Below, piece after piece: positions 59,027-64,000 of a stretch of DNA of 64,000 nucleotides. The stretch covers positions 2,592,001 to 2,656,000 of the forward strand of contig CAWDXG010000004.1 of the NCBI GenBank assembly GCA_963806225.1, written 5' to 3'. The notes below the pieces were generated by a model. The model saw only the letters and a list, made by a program, of their open reading frames with translations, had not been told where the DNA came from and did no database searches. The translations under genes and the position numbers were made by a program. The DNA comes from an uncultured delta proteobacterium. Its GTDB lineage: Bacteria > Myxococcota_A > Polyangia > Polyangiales > Polyangiaceae. Numbering within the stretch: position 1 is the first letter of the stretch; each line of letters opens with the position of its first letter.

Positions 59027-59713
59027 ATGCACATTCTCTCCGGTCGTTCCTCTCGCACCCTGTCCCACTCGCTCGAAACCCGATTCGCTGTCGCCGTGAT
59101 GGCTGCGGCGGTGCTGCTGCTGCTTGGCAGCACCGCACGGGCGCAGATCAAGGAGCCGGGCAACCACCCGGACTACTCGGTGGAGCTCGAGCCGCACGGG
59201 GTGTTTGCCTTTGGGTATGGGCCTGGCTGGGCCAGCGACGGCTTCGGGGTCGGAGCCCGGGCGACGATTCCGATCATCCAGGACGGTCCCATCAAGACCA
59301 TCAACAATTCGATGGGAATCGGCTTCGGCCTGGACTGGATGCACTACAGCAGCGACTGCTACGGCTACTACGGCTGGGGGCGCTACTTCGGGCCGAACGG
59401 CTATCCCGGAGGCTATGGCTGCAGCGGAAACAGCCTGCTGTTCCCGGTCGTGATGCAGTGGAACTTCTGGCTCACCAAGGTCATCAGCGTCTTCGGCGAG
59501 CCGGGCTTCGCCATCCAGCACACCTGGTGGGACTCCTACTACTACGACACGCGCTGTGGTGGACCCTACAACCTGTGCCCGACCAAGTACTCCCACACGG
59601 ATTTCCGCTTCGTTTTCTGGGGCGGCGCGCGCTTCATGTTCGGTGACACAGTAGGCCTCACGGCGCGCGTCGGTTGGCCCTACGTCTCCATCGGCGCGTC
59701 GTTCCTGCTCTAG
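59027..59713 (+). CDS. Hypothetical secreted / outer-membrane beta-barrel-like protein
   Basis: Signal peptide (ARA|Q), amphipathic strands, C-terminal YVSIGASFLL. Confidence 0.55.
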   Translation: MHILSGRSSRTLSHSLETRFAVAVMAAAVLLLLGSTARAQIKEPGNHPDYSVELEPHGVFAFGYGPGWASDGFGVGARATIPIIQDGPIKTINNSMGIGFGLDWMHYSSDCYGYYGWGRYFGPNGYPGGYGCSGNSLLFPVVMQWNFWLTKVISVFGEPGFAIQHTWWDSYYYDTRCGGPYNLCPTKYSHTDFRFVFWGGARFMFGDTVGLTARVGWPYVSIGASFLL

Positions 59714-59833
59714 CCTGCTCTAGATCGCCGGTCCGGCGCGGCGTGTAGCGCCGCGCCGGCCAGTCCCCGACAGGTCCCGGGAAATCAGGCAATTGACGCG
59801 GGAGCGCGCAGCTCCCAGCATGATCGCGGGAAT

Positions 59834-61840
59834 ATGTGGTCTTCCACCTGGGTCGGCGAGCGCTTGCAGGCGGATGGCGTCATCAACTACGCGCAGCTGC
59901 AGTCCGCACTCAACAACATGAAGCTCCACGACGAGCGCATGGAGGAGGCCCTGCTGCGCATCGGCGCTATCGACGAGACAGGGCTGCTCCGCTTCGTCGC
60001 CGAGAAGACCCGCACGCAGTACGTCTCCACAGGCAAGCTGGCGCGCCTCGACGTGGCGGAGTCGGCGCTCGACAAGGTGCCCGAGCGCACGGCCGAGAAG
60101 CTCCTCGCGTTTCCGGTCCGCTACGACCGGCAGAGCGACACGCTGACGCTGGTTTCACCGGACGCCGGCATTCCGGAGCACGTCAAGCAGATCGCGATCG
60201 CGACCGGCGTGAAGAACTTGCGCGTCTACTTCGCACGGCCAGCATCGGTGGAGGCCGCCATCGCCAAGTGGTACCGCGGGCAGATCCAGTCGTTCGCCGG
60301 GCTCGACCTGGACACGTTCACCCAGCTCCAGTCGGCCGTCGACATGTACGAGCGCCACATGCTCGACGAGGCCGGACTGAAGAGCAGGCCCCAGGGCTCG
60401 GCTCCCTCGCACGAACACCTGCTGACGCCGCCGCCGCTCGATGTGCGTCCGCCTTCGGTGCCGGCCCCGGCTCCAGCCGTAGCGACGACGCCGGCCACCG
60501 TAGCCGTCACGCCGATCCCTCCCCGCGCCGGGCCGGATCGGCGCCTGCTGGATCTGGCCGAGATGCTCAACGTGATGGTCGCGCTCAACGAGAACGCGCG
60601 TGACGAGTTCCGCGGTCACTCTGCATCGGTGGCGCGCTTCGGTCGATTGCTCGCCGAGCGCCTGGGCCTCGACGAGCTGGCGCAGATCGAGTTCACAATC
60701 GCCGCCAACCTGCACAACGTCGGAAAGACGGTTTCCTATCACCTGACCGCGCTGAACGCGGCCCAGTACGCCACCCATCGGACCGCGGCGGAGAAACTCG
60801 TACAGACACCGGTGCGCCTGCTGGAGAGCGTCGGACTGCCGGACGGCTCCACGCGCTCGGTGTCGGCCATGTACGAACGCTTCGATGGGCAGGGGTTCCC
60901 GGGACGCCTCGCGGGCCAGGATATCCCGCTCGGCGCGCGTGTCCTCACCCTGTGCGACACGTATTCCGATCTCACGCTCAATCCACGCAATCCCTACCGC
61001 CGCGCGCTCGCACACGACGAAGCGCTGGGGGTGCTGCGCCAGCTCAAGGGCAGCCTGTTCGATCCGGATCTAGTAGAGCTGCTCGGTCATCTGGTAGCGG
61101 GTGAAGATCTCAGAAAGAAGCTCTCCGACTCCGACTCGGTCGTGCTCCTGGTCGAGCCGAACCTGGACGAGGCCACGCTGATCGAGCTCAGGCTGGTCGC
61201 GCAGGGGTTCGAGGTGCTGCTGGCGCGCAGCGCGGATCAAGCCCTGGAGAAGGCAGAGGAGGGTCGGGTTCGCTATGTGCTCTCGGAAGTCGAGCTGAAA
61301 CCGTTCGACGGGTTCGAGCTCTTGCGCGCGCTGCGCGACAACGACGCGACGCGCGGGATCCCGTTCTTCTTCGTGGCACGCGCTTCGGACACGGCCAGCA
61401 TCGATCGCGGATTTTCCCTGGGGGCGCAGGACTACATCGTCAAGCCGACGAGCGGTGACGTGCTGGCCGGCAAGCTCCGGCGCCTCGGCGCAGCCCAGCC
61501 GCACGCCGAACGCAGCGTGAACGCGGGCGTGGCGGGCTCGCTGTCCGAGATGGGGCTGCCTGATCTCGTGCAGATCCTCGGCGCCGGGCAGAAGAACGGG
61601 CGGCTCGCGTTGAAGTCCGGCGAGCACGCGGGCGAGGTGCACTTCAAGAATGGACGCATCGTGCACGCGCTCTTCGACTCCGATGTCGCGGGCGAAGACG
61701 CGTTCTTCGAGCTGCTCGCGCTTTCCACGGGCAGCTTCGAGCTCGATCCGGGATTTTCGCCCGCCGAAGAGACGATCCAGGCCAGCACAGAGTCGCTCAT
61801 CCTCGAGGGTTTCAGGCGGCTGGACGAGCGGAATCGCTGA
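59834..61840 (+). CDS. Multidomain signalling protein: MshEN/GSPII_N-like, degenerate HD-GYP, atypical REC, DUF4388
   Basis: GERLQADGVI...LLRIGAI; GHSASVA...LHNVGK...YERFDGQGFP...IPLGARV...FDP; REC with LSE in place of the acceptor Asp; GSLSEMGLPDLVQIL...GRIVHA. Confidence 0.8.
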   Translation: MWSSTWVGERLQADGVINYAQLQSALNNMKLHDERMEEALLRIGAIDETGLLRFVAEKTRTQYVSTGKLARLDVAESALDKVPERTAEKLLAFPVRYDRQSDTLTLVSPDAGIPEHVKQIAIATGVKNLRVYFARPASVEAAIAKWYRGQIQSFAGLDLDTFTQLQSAVDMYERHMLDEAGLKSRPQGSAPSHEHLLTPPPLDVRPPSVPAPAPAVATTPATVAVTPIPPRAGPDRRLLDLAEMLNVMVALNENARDEFRGHSASVARFGRLLAERLGLDELAQIEFTIAANLHNVGKTVSYHLTALNAAQYATHRTAAEKLVQTPVRLLESVGLPDGSTRSVSAMYERFDGQGFPGRLAGQDIPLGARVLTLCDTYSDLTLNPRNPYRRALAHDEALGVLRQLKGSLFDPDLVELLGHLVAGEDLRKKLSDSDSVVLLVEPNLDEATLIELRLVAQGFEVLLARSADQALEKAEEGRVRYVLSEVELKPFDGFELLRALRDNDATRGIPFFFVARASDTASIDRGFSLGAQDYIVKPTSGDVLAGKLRRLGAAQPHAERSVNAGVAGSLSEMGLPDLVQILGAGQKNGRLALKSGEHAGEVHFKNGRIVHALFDSDVAGEDAFFELLALSTGSFELDPGFSPAEETIQASTESLILEGFRRLDERNR

Positions 61841-62024
61841 CTTTCGCGAAAAGACTTGCGCAGAAGTTGGCCCACTGCCGACGGCTCTGGCAAAAGCCGC
61901 GGAGTAGACCCGTGCGCCCGGCAGCGCCCTAGCGTTGACGAGCACAAGGCCTGGAGGACTCCGGTGACTGCGCCCGACGGCGCGGCCCGGAAGGCGCACC
62001 CGTGCGCGACAAGGAGGCCCATCG

Positions 62025-62339
62025 ATGATCAGGAGCACCGAGGAGATCGAGCGACCCACCGAGTGGCTGCGCTCCCTCGAGGAGGGGCGGCGCAACTATC
62101 AGTGGCTTGTCGGCGACGCCGGGAGTCTGGCCGCGGCCGCGTACCGTCTCGCGCGCGCGCGCTGCCGCGTACAGCCGGTCCCAACCCGCATACCGACGGC
62201 ACGCGAGCTGTACGCCGCTGCGCGCACTATCGCGCGAAGCATCGGCCAGCGCGATGTGCCGCGCCCGGCGCTACTGGTCGCCGAGTGCGACTTCGCCGAC
62301 CTGCCCGTTATTGCGCCGCTGTCGCGCCACGCCGCCTAG
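62025..62339 (+). CDS. Hypothetical protein
   Basis: 104-aa ORF with AAGGAGG RBS. Confidence 0.5.
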   Translation: MIRSTEEIERPTEWLRSLEEGRRNYQWLVGDAGSLAAAAYRLARARCRVQPVPTRIPTARELYAAARTIARSIGQRDVPRPALLVAECDFADLPVIAPLSRHAA

Positions 62340-62342
62340 CGC

Positions 62343-64000
62343 TCAGTCGCCGAACGGACCTGGCCGCGCATCGACGGCGTCGATCGCGTCGGACAGCTCG
62401 CTTCCGCGGCGCAGGCAAGAGTAGCAGTCGCCGAGCCCGAGGAATCCGCAGCCGCGGTGCGACTTCAGGTGCTTGAGCTTGGCGAGCGAACGGCGATCGC
62501 CTTCCTTCTGCACGCGCGGCAACAGCTCCTTCAGCTCGCTACACTTCTTCGTCTTCCGTAGCTCGAGCGCGATCTTCAGCGCCGGCGAAGCCTTGGCGCG
62601 CACCGATTCGCGGTCGAGCAGCTCCTTGGCGTGCTGGGACAGCGGCTTGCGGACCTTGCTGGAGGTCGCCACGTCGTAGATGATGTCGACGCCTGCCGGA
62701 CCGAGCGGCCCCGCGGCGATGTCGAGCGCCGCCGACGAGCTGTGGCTGTCCTCGGCGGCCTTGCGCAGGTCCTCGAGCACGACCGGGTCCTTCTTCAGGC
62801 CGGAGTCCAGGTCTAGGGCGCGCTCGTAGCAGCGCACGGCTGCGGCGAGATCCCCGGCGCGGGTATGCCCCATGCCCAGCGCGCGCCACACCGGCGCGCT
62901 GCGATGCGACGCCGGTTTGGCTTCGAGCTTGGCGATGGCTGCCCGATCGCCTCCTTGAGCTTGTTTGATCTCCTTGTCGAGCTCGGGGTCGCGGACCAGC
63001 TTCTCCTTGGCGCGTTCGAGGACCGAGGGGCCGCTCGAGCCGCCGCCAGCGGCGATCGCGACGCCTCCGACGACGAACACACCCACGACGAGAAGCAGCA
63101 GCGCGGTCGCCGCCAGCGCCCAGACGGGGATCGGCTGACCGCCGACCTCTACGCTGCGCCGCAGCGTCGCCAGCAGGTTGCGGCTCGCGCCCGCCAGCGC
63201 GCGGTTCCCGGCCGCCGGCATCAGTCCTCCCGGCACGCTCACGGCCGGCTGCGCGCCCACCGACAGCGGCCCTCCGAGCATCGTGTCGCCGAGCGCCAGC
63301 GAGCTCAGTCCGGTTTCCGCCATGGCCGCGGGCGGAGAGGGCGTGACGTTTCCTTCCAGCTGCCGCAGGCTGGCGACCAGCTCGTCGCCAGTCTGGATGC
63401 GCTGGTCGGGCGACTTCGCCAGCTGCGTCATCACGAGCCGGGCGAGCTCCGGGTCGACGCCCGGCGACAGGGGCGGCGGCTCGGCAGTCATCTGCCGGGT
63501 CAAGACGCCCACCATGCCCCCGTCGCCCGCGAACGGCGTGCGCCCCTCGAGCATCTCGTAGAGCAGGATGCCGACGGTATACAGATCCGAGCGGGCGTCG
63601 ACCGACTGGCCTACGGCCTGCTCGGGCGACATGTACTCGGGCGTGCCGAACACGCTGCCCACGCGCGTCAGCGCGGGCTGATCGCGCGTATCTTCCGCGC
63701 TCAGCTTCGCGATCCCGAAGTCGAGCACCTTGACGGCGTCCTGCTCGCCCGCGCGAGGCACGAGCATCACGTTGTCGGGTTTCAGGTCGCGGTGCACGAT
63801 GCCCGCGGCATGCGCCGCGGCGAGCGCCGAGGTGACCTGCCTGGCGATGTGCAGCGCGCGAGCCGGGTCGATCGCGCCGCCCTCGTCGAGCACGCGGCGC
63901 AGGCTGCGGCCTTCCACATACTCCAGCACCAGATAGAACGAGCCGTCCTCGAGCCGCCCGAAGTCCTTGGCGCCGGCGACGTTCGGGTGCTCGATGCGCG
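62343..64000 (-). CDS. Hanks-type Ser/Thr protein kinase with TM helix and TPR-like C-terminus; 5' end outside the window
   Basis: HPNVA, HRDLKPDN, DFGIAK, GTPEYMSPEQ, DLYTVG; C-terminal GCGFLGLGDCYSC. Confidence 0.92.
   Translation of the reverse strand, partial: RIEHPNVAGAKDFGRLEDGSFYLVLEYVEGRSLRRVLDEGGAIDPARALHIARQVTSALAAAHAAGIVHRDLKPDNVMLVPRAGEQDAVKVLDFGIAKLSAEDTRDQPALTRVGSVFGTPEYMSPEQAVGQSVDARSDLYTVGILLYEMLEGRTPFAGDGGMVGVLTRQMTAEPPPLSPGVDPELARLVMTQLAKSPDQRIQTGDELVASLRQLEGNVTPSPPAAMAETGLSSLALGDTMLGGPLSVGAQPAVSVPGGLMPAAGNRALAGASRNLLATLRRSVEVGGQPIPVWALAATALLLLVVGVFVVGGVAIAAGGGSSGPSVLERAKEKLVRDPELDKEIKQAQGGDRAAIAKLEAKPASHRSAPVWRALGMGHTRAGDLAAAVRCYERALDLDSGLKKDPVVLEDLRKAAEDSHSSSAALDIAAGPLGPAGVDIIYDVATSSKVRKPLSQHAKELLDRESVRAKASPALKIALELRKTKKCSELKELLPRVQKEGDRRSLAKLKHLKSHRGCGFLGLGDCYSCLRRGSELSDAIDAVDARPGPFGD

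Noticed and set aside
61841..62024. Possible c-di-GMP riboswitch or third intron 5' end (GTGCGCCCGGCAG at ~61912)
   Set aside because: It lacks the GEMM consensus elements, and the intron-like match stops after about 12 nt with no upstream terminator or RT.

Overview
High-GC chromosomal window with strong Myxococcota (Polyangiales-like) hallmarks: a MYXO-CTERM tail, an AgmX/PglI-C-like domain, a TPR/PEGA protein, Hanks-type Ser/Thr kinases and many Gly/Ser/Thr-linker and Cys-rich lipoproteins. It holds the sucA-sucB-lpdA operon, serB, xth, a nitrilase, an MFS transporter, two-component and ECF signalling genes, and two decayed group II intron remnants. One remnant keeps the 3' domain VI end and lies inside the suc operon; the other keeps a class-C 5' end directly after a terminator. 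The most interesting items are: (i) a two-gene activase/reductase operon with the architecture of anaerobic plasmalogen/ether-lipid synthases (PlsA/PlsR, Ger), preceded by two TGAC-N6-GTCA boxes; (ii) an uncharacterised four-gene operon of a Zn-ribbon protein plus three double-YbjQ-domain paralogues; (iii) a divergent kinase / TPR-PEGA / MYXO-CTERM module; (iv) an apparently circularly permuted P-domain; (v) four of nine single-base frameshifts occurring at the same GACGT[T]CG context, suggesting motif-dependent (possibly methylation-linked) sequencing error. No rRNA, tRNA or CRISPR array was seen. All family assignments come from motif recognition by eye, not database searches.
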